DNA of 64,000 bases from Ascoidea asiatica JCM 7603 (lineage: Eukaryota > Fungi > Ascomycota), in contig BCKQ01000001.1 of assembly GCA_001600695.1 (NCBI GenBank), forward strand, positions 1,116,732-1,180,731, read 5' to 3'. Position numbers and translations under genes: made by a program. Positions within the stretch are counted from its first letter, which is position 1; every line of letters starts with the position of its first letter. This document shows, piece after piece, positions 12,101-23,059 of the stretch. The notes under the pieces were generated by a model. The model did no database searches. It saw nothing but the letters and a program-made list of their open reading frames with translations, and was not told where the DNA came from.

Positions 12101-12475
12101 TATATTATTATTAATTAAAAGATAATAATATAAAGTTGATAAAGGAATTAGGAATAATAATGTCCAATTTAAGAAATTTGAAAATTTTTTAAAATAATCA
12201 TTTGAGATTAATAAATTTAATAATTTTTTTAATTTATTTAATTTATTTATTAATGGAAATTTACTATATTTATTATTTTTAAATTTATATTTAAAGTTAT
12301 CATTATTATTTGTTGATATTGAATTTGATTTATAATTTATTATTTTATTATTATCTAAAGGAGATTTTTCTAGATCAAGGTCAAGATTTAAGTTTGAATT
12401 TGAGTTTTTTTGATTTGAATTTGAATTTGAATTTGAAATTATATCATCAGTGAATCTTGAAGATGTTGAAGACAT
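9146..12475 (-). CDS. ANP1: Golgi mannan polymerase II subunit Anp1 (GT62) with long extensions
   Basis: VEFYDL...RVLFCVPLRDA..HLPMFF, GQSFSDRHGFQAQGPRRKLMA, WRDADVE (DxD), WRPLPDWLG, HAETEAFG; N-terminal TM at about aa 100-120. Confidence 0.92.
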   Translation of the reverse strand: MSSTSSRFTDDIISNSNSNSNQKNSNSNLNLDLDLEKSPLDNNKIINYKSNSISTNNNDNFKYKFKNNKYSKFPLINKLNKLKKLLNLLISNDYFKKFSNFLNWTLLFLIPLSTLYYYLLINNNIPDNYNITLYINNNDNNNINNNIINNNNNNNNNLISSISNFNKKLHIQILSKFPILDFNNEIENLILNNNNNGIDSNNNKIDQSENNQFYTPNFNIKLTDINGKVSDNNLNVEFYDLKDYQSTSQGWNNYERVLFCVPLRDAANHLPMFFSHMVNLTYPHHLIDLAFLISDTTDSTIKDLKNHLYLIQNSPKKFLHFGRINIYEKDFGQSIGQSFSDRHGFQAQGPRRKLMAIARNWLLITALKPDHSWVYWRDADVETVPPTIIEDLMHHNKDVIVPNVWRPLPDWLGYEQPYDLNSWQESEAGIDLAASLDEDDVIVEGYSEYATWRPHLAYLRDPNGNPEVEIELDGIGGVSILAKANVFKSGGMFPAFSFKKHAETEAFGKLSKTLGFNVYGLPHYTIWHIYEPSKDDIRHMEWMAKEEIRKKEEAKFKVIYDKQWQNAFESVEKDWNHEKFDVFKNTILNRHKDINVDWSEVDEVLKLVDKNDGEIDFDDQDDINKNLLNYQIDFKKEKDYEKKLFKKLSNKVEYGDNPLEFVFDDWEGSNQNKNKILKFIKFHPNEIEVPESEVEIDEETEDSNNDENKNGENNNNDDENTSSEEYNDIANYQMDFSKEEKDTIDSVIDNKIEELINDEDNLYIEALQPNQHMMKEQKKKLESLKSKSYEEKLNELNKLLKGNINNNKIKIKEKKQSGTLKQTKPYLNGMDKYKSAIFENDPEENKVEDLNKLEENLIGNEKVDNNNDISKDEKKIEKPKELKETLKDEIRKQDALLLKELKDEGEDISEFEDSNRKLKSIKNDDLNKKLDELVPAEDLIHKSDIDISLNNINNNNNNENDPLISKEEELFKSTNKDIVKDGSKDILKDQKNSDKDKNKDNIEIEYVYEDVDEDGNKIIDSNEKSDNLQDFQNSQNSQMNGIAANDVAPNDDSNIKEDNGIGIGKKKKNGIQADKDTFGTDLFKNNLNNLNNLDIKKDLKPEVHIKDNV

Positions 12476-14079
12476 TTTGGATGAATATAAATAAAGAATG
12501 ATTTTTATTAAAAGATTATTTTAAAGAAATAGTATAATGAAATAAAAAAGAATGAAAAGAATGATTAGTTAATTAATTGAATGAATGAGTGATTAAGCGA
12601 TTGAGTGAATGAATGAGAGAGATAAATAAATAAATAATGAATAATACAATGCAGTTTCTAAATGAATGAGAATTAATATTTTTTTTTAAAATAAATACAG
12701 TTTTTGAATTGAATTAAGAAATTGAAAATTGAGGTTAGAAAATGGCTGGCTGTTTTTAGATACTTTTTGAATTGAATAATAAAGAAAAATGATATTTTTT
12801 AGATATTGAAATATTGAAATTAGGTTAACTGTCAACTGTCAACAGTTTTCTTTACTTTAAAACAAGAAAACAATAGAGCAACAGAACAACAAAATGTAAA
12901 ATGAATAATCCAAAAAAAAACAAAATATCAAAGAATGATAATTGATAAAAGATGATATTTTTAGTGGTAGTTTTAAAAATAAAAAACCTTTGAATAAAAC
13001 TATTCTTCAGTGTCTTTTGTTCAGATTGTCTTCAGTTTTTACTTTTTTTTCATTGTTTTGATTTAGATTTTGGAGTTTTCTGAGATTCGTCAACGCGAAG
13101 AGTGAAACCAGGCAGGTATCCATGGCCAGAACCAGCAGTGTGGGTGTGCATGTGACAAATAGAAGACCAGAAGGAAGGGTGCTCTCCGGATAAACTTATG
13201 CAGAAGAACAGACACTGACGTACTTCTATGTAGATCCATAGATATGGCCACCAGATATATGGATGTTACCATCTGCTTGGGTGCAGTAGGTTAATGTTTC
13301 CGTCTGTAGTTATAAAGATCCCTGACTATTATCACATTAACTTGCCTCTAAATAGCTGGAGACCAATCCTGGGGGTCTGCTGACATAAGCGTGCGTTTCT
13401 GCTGGTTCGATGCTCTTTCGTTTACTTATGTTTGTTTTTTGTTTTTTTCTTTGTTTGTTTTCTTTTTCACTTTTTGTTACTTTTTTTCTCTCGGTGACTT
13501 TTTCGTTGACTTTTTCAAGTGAAATTTTGGTAAAGGTGAAAACCTCGAAGAAAATGAAGAAAGAAAATGGTAAAAATGTTAAAAATGATGGAATTGAAGA
13601 GGGAAAATGTCTTAGAAGTGACTTGATTATCTTTGGTATCGATACCACTTGTAAATATACTTGCAGTAGAACTTGCAGTAATTCTTGATATGCTTTAATT
13701 TCCAAATTCCTTTCTTTTTCTAATTTTCTTCATCATCAGAATTTGAGAGCCAATAATTATTTAAATACTCAAATATATGAATATGCTTAATTTACACATT
13801 CATTTCATTTGATTTCATCTTATTTAGCCTGATTAGCCTCTTTAACCTAGTCATCCTCTCTTGATTTATAGACTAAAATAGATAATATTACTTACGTCCA
13901 ATCTCAATTCCAATCTTTATTCCAACCACTATTTATTATTTATCTGTATAAAGTATATAAATATCCCTTCAAATTTTAAAGGAGTCTTTTTATTTTCTAC
14001 TCTTACTTTATTTCTTATCTTTATACAGCAGTTCTTCCTTTACTTATCCCAATCTGTACCATATATTATATATTATCAA

Positions 14080-15738
14080 ATGATCAGAAGTTATTCGGCT
14101 GAATCTTTTTCTTCAACAACTCAATTCACTGATTCTTCTGATGAATTAGATTCAAGATTGAATTTAAACATCAATGATCCAATAAAATTCTCAAATAATA
14201 ATACAAAAAAATTCATTCAAAATATTGAATCTGATTCTGAATCTAATTCAATCTCAAATTCAAATTCAAATTCAAATCAAAGTTATAATTATTTTTATAA
14301 TTTTAATCCCAATAAAAACTCTAACTTAACAAACTTAAATATTTCCAATGAAAAACCAATTATTAATTTAGATAATAATAAAATAAATAAAAATGAAGAT
14401 TCAAAGTTATTTATTCCAAATTTAACTCGTTCCTCTTCAACTAATCTTACTACTTCTTTCAGCATGAATCAAAGTCATCAATTTAACTCAAAACTTTTAA
14501 ATTTTAATATAAATAATATAAATAATACAAATAATATGAGTAATAGTAATAATAAAAACATCCATAATGATATTAAACCTCAGAAATCTTTACTTCCAAA
14601 AAGATCTTATTCTTTATCAAATGCAAATTTATATTCTGCAAATACTTTAAGTAACTCAAATAACGTAAATAATAATTCTAGAAATGAATCAAATAATGAT
14701 TATTTAATATTCAATTTAGTTTATTATTACGAAGATTTAAATTATTATCATATTGCAACTAATAAAAATAATATTAATAATGATAATATTCTTTCTTTTT
14801 CAAATTCTTCCCATTCTTTAACTAAAAAAATGCCAATTTATATTCAATCTTTAAATTCTTTTCCTTCAATTTATTCAATCTCAAATACTTTTGATATTGA
14901 TAATGATAATCAAAATGAAATTCATAATGAAATTCCAGGTTTAATTCCAGATTTAATTCCAGATTTAATTCCTTATTCTTTTAATACTGATAACAATAAA
15001 AATAATAAACATTTTAAAATTAATTTTTATCATAAATCTTATCTTTATAATATTCTTTATAACGATCCTTTACCATTCAATAATTTAACTTATGGTTCAA
15101 AAATTTTAAATATACCATATATTGAATATTCAAATTATATACCCAAATTAGATAATTTAAATAATTTTTCAAATTGGATTCAAAAATTACATGATTTTAT
15201 CTTACTTTATAATAAAAAGTTACTTTGTAATATAAACTCAAATTTATCTCATATTGACTTATTTTTCATAGCTTTTAATTCAATTTCAAAAAAATTTAAA
15301 AATTTTGCTTTATTATATAAAATTAATTCTTTTCATTCCTTATTACAATTATTACAATTTAAATCTTTAAATTATAAAAATATTATAAATATTTATAAAA
15401 TTAATAAAATTTCTTCAATTTCAGACTTAAATCAATGGAAAGTTATTAATTCTTCTTCAAATTCCTTATTATATTATAATCAAATTAGATTTTTACAATT
15501 TCAAATATCTCCATTAGGATTTTTATTAGAATTTCTTTATAAATTACCAATTAATATTATTAATAATAAATTCAACTTAACTAGAAATTTAGTAAATTCA
15601 AATATTTTAAATCATAATTATACTTTCAATTCAAATTTATCTCATGATTTAATTATGAAGTTTTTTAGTTCAAATCTGTCTTTAATTAATGAAATAATTG
15701 ATTATACTAATAATATAAAATTTACAAAGAATTCATAA
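14080..15738 (+). CDS. Hypothetical protein: low-complexity N-half and a helical C-half with a Gag-like motif
   Basis: 552-aa ATG ORF preceded by TATAAA boxes at about 13947-13961. Product uncertain (see findings). Confidence 0.75.
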   Translation: MIRSYSAESFSSTTQFTDSSDELDSRLNLNINDPIKFSNNNTKKFIQNIESDSESNSISNSNSNSNQSYNYFYNFNPNKNSNLTNLNISNEKPIINLDNNKINKNEDSKLFIPNLTRSSSTNLTTSFSMNQSHQFNSKLLNFNINNINNTNNMSNSNNKNIHNDIKPQKSLLPKRSYSLSNANLYSANTLSNSNNVNNNSRNESNNDYLIFNLVYYYEDLNYYHIATNKNNINNDNILSFSNSSHSLTKKMPIYIQSLNSFPSIYSISNTFDIDNDNQNEIHNEIPGLIPDLIPDLIPYSFNTDNNKNNKHFKINFYHKSYLYNILYNDPLPFNNLTYGSKILNIPYIEYSNYIPKLDNLNNFSNWIQKLHDFILLYNKKLLCNINSNLSHIDLFFIAFNSISKKFKNFALLYKINSFHSLLQLLQFKSLNYKNIINIYKINKISSISDLNQWKVINSSSNSLLYYNQIRFLQFQISPLGFLLEFLYKLPINIINNKFNLTRNLVNSNILNHNYTFNSNLSHDLIMKFFSSNLSLINEIIDYTNNIKFTKNS

Positions 15739-16039
15739 TTATCTTTTTTCTTTTTTTCATTCTTCTTATGCATATATATTTAATCCTTTTAATACTATAC
15801 TATAACATTTTTCCACTAAAATCAATATTTTTTTTCAAAAAATAAAACTATTATATAATTCTACTGATTTTTATCATAATGTAAAAAAAAAAAAAAAAAA
15901 TAAAAGATTAAATTGGTTAATGAAATAAATTTATTTAATATTTTTTAATTCCTATAAATGAAGTATATAAGGGAAAAAAAAATCATAAGAAAAATAGAAT
16001 TTAATAATTAAAAGTTGATAATTAAATTAATAAACTAAA

Positions 16040-17242
16040 TTAAAAATCATAAGCTAAAGAACCATTAATTGCTCTATAAGCATCAATTTCAGAATACAAA
16101 GCTGGAGTAACACCTAAGTTATAACCTCTACCACCATTAGTATATTCGTTATTAGTGATTTTAATTGTACCATCAAGATAATAATATTTATCAGTATAAC
16201 CGAAATCAACAATTGTTGCATCAGTTGAAGCATTAAGATAACATTGATCACACCAACCAGCATCAGTAACATTACTTGTAATATTAAATCTATTATAACG
16301 AGTTGTATTCCAATTACCACCATCCATAACATGAATAAAAGTTGTACCTTCAGTTAATTCAATACTTGGAGCAGACATAAACCAGCCATTTTCAGTTTCA
16401 GCTGACCACCATTCAACTTCCCATCTCATATAAAAGTAACCTTTACCAGTGAAAGTAAAAGAAGAATTTCTATAAAATGCTAACCAAGTTGCAGCTAAAT
16501 AATATGGTTGATAAGTTGTTAAATCATTACTTGCAACTAATTTAATATTTTCAGTTGCATTTGTAGTTGAGATTTCATCTCTTTGAATTAAAACTTCAGT
16601 ATTATAACAACTAATTTGAGATTTAGTTTTATCATAAGTAAAAATTCTTTCAGTTGAAGTCATTGGAATATAACCTGGATTTGTATTAGTTGGGAATAAT
16701 AAAGCTCTAGTAGTAATTGAAGTTGAATTTGAATTAGATGAAGCAGTTGCAACAGTTGATGAAGAATAAAGTTCAATTTGAGTAGAACTTGCCAATGCTA
16801 ATGAAGAACTTGAAGTAAAATCAGCAACTTCAAGTTCAATACTTGAAGTATAAGTATCAACAATAGGTGCACTAGAAGCAATAGATAAGTTGGCAACTTT
16901 TGAAGGTGAAGAGAAATTACCAGGTTTAAATGAATTACCAGATGTAAAATTAGAACCTAATGAAAACCCACCAGCATTAAAAGCAGGAGCAGATGGAGCA
17001 GCTGAAGAAAAACCAGCAGCAGCAAATTCAGAAGATGGACCTGAAAGAACAGTGGTTGAATTAACAGTTGATACATCAACTTTAAATGAATAAGATGAAT
17101 AATTTTCTTCAATTGCAGATGTAATTGCAGCTAAAGTTGTTTTTGTAGATTTTGAATGAGCATGATGTTGATGACCACTTTTATGAGCTAAAATAACAGA
17201 AGCATAAGCTGTACCAGCTACTAATAAAGAATTGAATTTCAT
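16040..17242 (-). CDS. Secreted protein: signal peptide, His-rich motif, Ser/Thr/Ala linker, aromatic-rich globular C-terminal domain
   Basis: MKFNSLLVAGTAYASVILA signal; HKSGHQHHAH; S/T-rich aa about 30-177; no GPI tail. Codon choice (GCT, GGT, CCA, ACT) is typical of well-expressed yeast genes. Confidence 0.88.
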   Translation of the reverse strand: MKFNSLLVAGTAYASVILAHKSGHQHHAHSKSTKTTLAAITSAIEENYSSYSFKVDVSTVNSTTVLSGPSSEFAAAGFSSAAPSAPAFNAGGFSLGSNFTSGNSFKPGNFSSPSKVANLSIASSAPIVDTYTSSIELEVADFTSSSSLALASSTQIELYSSSTVATASSNSNSTSITTRALLFPTNTNPGYIPMTSTERIFTYDKTKSQISCYNTEVLIQRDEISTTNATENIKLVASNDLTTYQPYYLAATWLAFYRNSSFTFTGKGYFYMRWEVEWWSAETENGWFMSAPSIELTEGTTFIHVMDGGNWNTTRYNRFNITSNVTDAGWCDQCYLNASTDATIVDFGYTDKYYYLDGTIKITNNEYTNGGRGYNLGVTPALYSEIDAYRAINGSLAYDF

Positions 17243-18459
17243 TTTAAATGATTTTTTGATTAATTTTTATTTTTATCTGTTGAGTTATTAATTATTAATT
17301 ATTAAATTTTATGTTTTTACAAAATTTATATTGAATTGTAAATTTGTAATGAAATTGAGAATTGAAGATTTTGTTTAAAAAGGAGTGACTAGTATCGATT
17401 TAATTAAATTAAATTAAAATCGAATGTATTTATTCAAAGAATGAATTTATAAGTATAAAAACTAAATATTTTTTTAGTAAAATACTTTTTATTAAGGAAA
17501 TTGATATTTCAAAAAAAGAGAAAAAAAGCTAAAATTAATTATTTGAAATAAACGAGAAATTGATTCTAATTTATAATGATTCTAAAAACGAGAAAATAAA
17601 AGATTACCAAAAATTTACCAGAAAAAATTAATATCTCAAGTATCAGCATATTGTAATTTTATGAGAATATTGAAATGACAAATAAAAAGTCGCTCTTGCT
17701 ATCTCGGTTATCAATCATGTTTATTTCTTTTTTATTTATTTATGACTTGAAAATCATTATTTCAGTGTAATTCTCCCTAGCGATAAATTGATTTGAATTA
17801 AAGATAGGATTAAAATTCTAGTTAGTTACAAAGTAATCAAATTCAAACCTACAGAACTTACGACCTGTTACGAAACAAAGGATAATGAGAAGCATTGACG
17901 CCAAAAATATACTTATGAATAACTTCATTCAGACTCAAAGCTTGATATTGCAGTGCAGGCAGTGAGTAGTGAAAGTGCTCAGATAGCTTAGTTTCTTTGA
18001 AATATTTTATATCTTCTTACAAATTCTGGTGTAAATAAAAGTAAATAAAAGTGAATAAAGTGAAAGAAACAGAAATAAAAACAAACACAAAATATTTACC
18101 GGAAACTTTAACTGGCACCGTTACAATCACCGGCGTCAAAGTAACAGACGGTGCAGGAACAAGCGTTATGTCACAGAAATAACAAAGCCACAAACAGCCA
18201 CAAACAGCCACAGAAGTTATGGATGGAGTGTAGGACACAAATCCCTGACATATATCATTTATGTCCCTGATCTGGCGTGGCGAGAATGCGAGGACAAGCG
18301 AAAAGAATGAAAGAAAGAAAGAAGAAGTAAATAAAGGTGCCAGTGATGTATTTATTATATTTATTGTATTTATTGATGTATTTATTGATGTATTTATTGA
18401 AACAATCAATTATTGCTTGTTTGTTGGAGTTGCTATTAAGACTGTAATTAATCTGAGAG

Positions 18460-20673
18460 ATGAGCATGATAACTTCCCTTTTCAATTCGAGTGGAAATCT
18501 CATCAATGATTCAATTCAAACTTATCTTTCCAGTTTGGATTCATTGGCTGTAAAATTAAGAACATCAGAGAACAGATCAAATGATGAAATTAAATCTCAA
18601 ATAGAATCAATAATATACTCTGATTTCATCAAGTTAACTAACTTATATGCAACTGATTTCTATGATCCAAGTGTTTTTAATCTCATAATGCAAATCCTAA
18701 GAGTTTTTGTAAATTTTGTTGTGGATAATGATCAAAATAGATCATCTATTCTATCTAATAATTCTTTAACTTCTTCTTTCATATTAATAATCAATAAAAA
18801 ATCTTCAAAATCAATTCAATTAAATAAAGAAAATGATATTCATATTAAATCAAGATTGTTCATATTATTTCAAAATATTTTATACTCAAATGATACCAAT
18901 TTCTTATTGAATTCACTTTTACCTAAATTTATTAAATCTGATTCCAAAAGTGATACTAATGATAATAGTATTCTATTATCTTTAATCAATTCAATTGATA
19001 CTCAAACGAAAACCTCAATTTCAATCTCTGATTCAGATTCAGAACTCGATTTAGATTTGGATTATTTCGATCAAGAATTAGAAATTATATCTCAAATTTT
19101 CTCTCCATTAGTAAGAAATAATAAATTAAATTTCAAATTCAATTCAGATTCTCAATCACAATCAAAATTACAAATATTATTTTCTTTAATTAAATTCATA
19201 CCAATTTTCATCAATAAAAATTATAAAAATATCTCAGATTTCCAATATTTTGAACAATCTTTTAATATCTTAAAAAATTTATTTGAAATAATACCTTTAA
19301 TTTGTCTAAATTTAGATTTAAAAAATTCATCTACATATAACAATAATGAAGAAACAATAATTTATAGTTTTATTCAATTAGTTAAATTTTCAAATAATAA
19401 TCAAAATTCAATTGATTTTTTAAATAAAATTACTGATGATTATAATGAAAATAATTCATTAGAATATGAAAATGATGACCAGAAGGAAAATAATAAATTA
19501 ATTTTAATTGATTTAATTAATAATAAATTATATGAATCAATTGGTTTAATTTCAAGTGATTTAAAGTATGATAATTCATCAGATTCAATTTATTCTATTA
19601 ATCAATTATCAACTGAGGATTCTAGTAATAATTCTAATGCAATGTTAATTTCCATTCATTTTTTAATTATTACAAATTCAATTTCAAATTTTGAAATTAA
19701 AAAAAATTTAATAATTAATCAAAATATCTTTCAACTAATTTTCAATAATCTCAATAATAATTCAATCTTTAATCAATTATTAAATAAACCATTTTATTGT
19801 GAAAGTTTATTTCATTTATTTAAACAATTAACAAGTTTCAATTCAAAAGATGATCAAAATATCGCAAATATTATTGATAAAACTTTTACTAATAATAATG
19901 AAAATTTAATTTCATTAATTTTAAAAAATTTCAAATTCAAATTAGAGTTTCTTTTAAAAATTAATTTCAATCAAATTTTGAATTTTTTAAATAATTTATT
20001 AAATAATTTTAAAATTAATTTAGATAAAGATTTTAAAATTTTAAAATTCTTAACTAATTCAATTTTTTATAATTACCCAAAAAATAATTCAATTAATAAT
20101 AACTTAAAAATTAAAAATAATATTGAAACAATTGAAATCAATCAAATCAATGACTTTTATAAAATTAACGAATATTTATCAAATTATTTCAATTTTTTAA
20201 TCAATAATACTACCAATAGTAATAATAATGAAATAGATGAATTTAAGAATATTAAAATGTTAGTGAATTGTATTTTAATTGAATTTAATAATGATATTAG
20301 TGATATTAATCAAGGTAACATTATTCCAATAAATTTCATTATTTTAAAAATTAGAACATTATCAAATTTATTTGTTTTTAATAAATTTGAATTAATAAAA
20401 TATTTAATTTTGGATTTAAATTCAAACTTGAATTTAAATTTAATAAATTTAATAACTTATTGTTATAAATTATATTTTAATTCAAAAAATTATGAAAAGG
20501 AAATTAAAAATAATAATGAAAGAGATGTTATAAATAAATTTATAAAAGATAATTTATTATTTCTTTGTGGCTCTATTATAAATTTTATTAAACTAAATGA
20601 TGTAAATAAAGAGAATGAAAATTGTAAAAAATTGAATGATTTATGTAATAATGTTCTTACAACTTCAGTTTAA
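18460..20673 (+). CDS. BEM4: Bem4/SmgGDS-like ARM-repeat GTPase-binding protein
   Basis: YLSSLDSLAVKLRTSENR and ILRVFVNFVVDNDQNR parallel Bem4 (DQLAVSLREPSNR; IRCIANAIIDNDDNR). The remainder is divergent and helical. Confidence 0.72.
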   Translation: MSMITSLFNSSGNLINDSIQTYLSSLDSLAVKLRTSENRSNDEIKSQIESIIYSDFIKLTNLYATDFYDPSVFNLIMQILRVFVNFVVDNDQNRSSILSNNSLTSSFILIINKKSSKSIQLNKENDIHIKSRLFILFQNILYSNDTNFLLNSLLPKFIKSDSKSDTNDNSILLSLINSIDTQTKTSISISDSDSELDLDLDYFDQELEIISQIFSPLVRNNKLNFKFNSDSQSQSKLQILFSLIKFIPIFINKNYKNISDFQYFEQSFNILKNLFEIIPLICLNLDLKNSSTYNNNEETIIYSFIQLVKFSNNNQNSIDFLNKITDDYNENNSLEYENDDQKENNKLILIDLINNKLYESIGLISSDLKYDNSSDSIYSINQLSTEDSSNNSNAMLISIHFLIITNSISNFEIKKNLIINQNIFQLIFNNLNNNSIFNQLLNKPFYCESLFHLFKQLTSFNSKDDQNIANIIDKTFTNNNENLISLILKNFKFKLEFLLKINFNQILNFLNNLLNNFKINLDKDFKILKFLTNSIFYNYPKNNSINNNLKIKNNIETIEINQINDFYKINEYLSNYFNFLINNTTNSNNNEIDEFKNIKMLVNCILIEFNNDISDINQGNIIPINFIILKIRTLSNLFVFNKFELIKYLILDLNSNLNLNLINLITYCYKLYFNSKNYEKEIKNNNERDVINKFIKDNLLFLCGSIINFIKLNDVNKENENCKKLNDLCNNVLTTSV

Positions 20674-20719
20674 TGATTCTTTTATTTACAAGTTCTTTTA
20701 TATATATATATATGTATAT

Positions 20720-21339
20720 TTATCTTATTGATATATCAAAATTTTTAATTAAAGTTGATTTTATAGTTTCAAAAATATTATTTATTTCATCATTTGTTAA
20801 AGTTCTTGACATTGATTGAAAATTAATTCTAAAACATTTACTTAATTTTTGAGTTTTTTTATTTTTAAAAGTATCAATACAAGTTACACTTTCAATTAAA
20901 TCTTCACCATTTGTTGAACTTTCTCTAATAATTTCAAATAAATCATTATCATTAAATTTTAAAGAATCATTGATAAAAAAAGATAAATCTCTATAAGCTA
21001 TTGGAAATTTTGAAAAAGGTTTAAATTGAGTAATTTTTTTTGATTGATTAAAATTTAAAAATTGATTTAAAAATCTTTTATCTTCAGTCCAAAATAATCT
21101 TATATCTGGAATACCAAATAAAAGCATTGCAATTCTATCTAAACCTATACCAAAAGCCCAACCTATTGTATTTTTAGATTTACCAGAATTTAATAAAACT
21201 TGTTGTTGAACTAAACCACATCCACAACATTCTAACCATTCACCTTTCCACCAAACTTCAATTTCCCAACTTGGAGCAGTCCATGGAAAATAAGCTTCAA
21301 CCCATCTAATTTTTAATGGCTCTTCATTGTTATTATTAC

Positions 21340-21373
<34 letters not shown>

Positions 21374-22180
21374 TAGATTACCAAGTTTAAAAACTTCATT
21401 AACTAATAATTCAATTGTTCTTTTTAAATGAGTTGAAACTAATTTAACTTCTTCTGGATTCATATAATTTTGTTTAGGATTTGATTTATCATTAAAAGAA
21501 TCTTTTGTATCTTGTACATTAATATTTAATTTTGGTATATTTGAAATATCTTCTAAGATTTTAGATTTAAAATTTATATCATCTTTATCCCAAATTCTTG
21601 CACCTTCTAATTGATGAAAAGCAGGATAATGAGTTTTATCAATTTCATCTCTTCTATAAACATCAGCCGTTATAAAATAACCTGGACTTTCACAATTCTT
21701 AAAACAATAATATTCATGAGCAGAAGTATGAGTTCTTAAAAGAAAATTTTGATTAATATAATAAGTATCAGATTTACTTCTACCTGGATGATCAATTGGA
21801 AAACCTAAAACATCGAAATTTTCAAATTTTGAAACAATTGGTTTAAAATTATCATAATGTGTATAACCCATATCTTTAAAAGTTGATTTAACTAAATTAT
21901 TTAAGATGCCTAATGGATGATTTTTATTCAAATGTAAATTTTTACCGAGTAATTTTAGTATTGAAGGTGGAACATTTGTCCATTCATCAGTCTTATATGT
22001 CACATCATCAACAGTTATGGATTCTGGGGTATCATATTTTCTAATTATTGTAGATGAAAAATGTCTGTTTGAATTGAATATAAGATTATTATTTAACCTA
22101 TAAAGTTGTTTGAAATAAACAGAAGATGGAGTCCTTATAGACACAACATTATTTGGGATCCTAAGCAATGCCTTAAGCAT
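20720..22180 (-). CDS. MSF1: Mitochondrial phenylalanyl-tRNA synthetase
   Basis: Basic presequence, LLRTHTSAH, DVYRRDEIDKTHYPAFHQLEG, YFPWTAPSWEIEV, GWAFGIGLDRIAM, C-terminal FDX-ACB domain. Confidence 0.96.
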
Positions 22181-23059
22181 ATTGATTAAAGCTTGTGGAT
22201 AAGAGTTATATATATCTGTTTTTTTGATAAATCAATTAAACAATGTAATATTTGTTTATGTTTCAATAAATAATATTTATCTGGACATATTTCATTAATT
22301 TCACTCTCTGCTAACTTTACTTTCGCTACTTTCTTCAACCAAAGGAAATACTGAAAAACAGCTCATGCATGAGCCTGTATAATACACAGATTTGTACGTC
22401 TCCCATGAAAATGGCCACAATGCATTTGAATGCAAAGCATACAACAACCAAAATAACCTTGCATTGAACCCATGCAACTGGCTCAAACCTCTATTTAGGG
22501 GTTTGTGCATTTACAGGTACACATCTGCATTATTAATTTGGCAATGCATATTGTACGCTGCTTACGTAACAGCGCATGCAGCGTGAGTTTGAAGTGAGAA
22601 ATTGAAACGGGCAGTTTTTACGGGAAAAAGAGAGATTGTTTCTTATTATTTTGATTGATAAATAGATAAATAAATAAATAAATAATTTGTATTGTAGATT
22701 TGAATAGTTTATATTTTATATATTATTTAGTTTGAAGAATCTGAATAATCTAAATCTAAAGAGCTTTTAATTACCACTCCCTGTGAAGATTAAAAAGGAA
22801 AACAAGGAAATGAATCACTGAAAATCTTGTTGATATACTGTATATATGTTGTTGACTCTAGAATATTATTCAAACTAAAACACTCCCTTCCATATAATTT
22901 AACTTCAGTTATTTATATTCTTCTTTATTCCAAGAAATTTTTCAATCTTTTCACTATTTCTCTTTCGCTATCTATATTTTTCACTTTATAATTTATGATA
23001 AATCAGCAACTAGAAGTTATTGATTAATAAAAGGTATTTTTTTCTTGAATTGAACCAAT

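Noticed and set aside
13090-13705. Short ORFs or a possible structured RNA in the ANP1 upstream island
   Set aside because: No tRNA cloverleaf, snoRNA boxes or coding signature identified.
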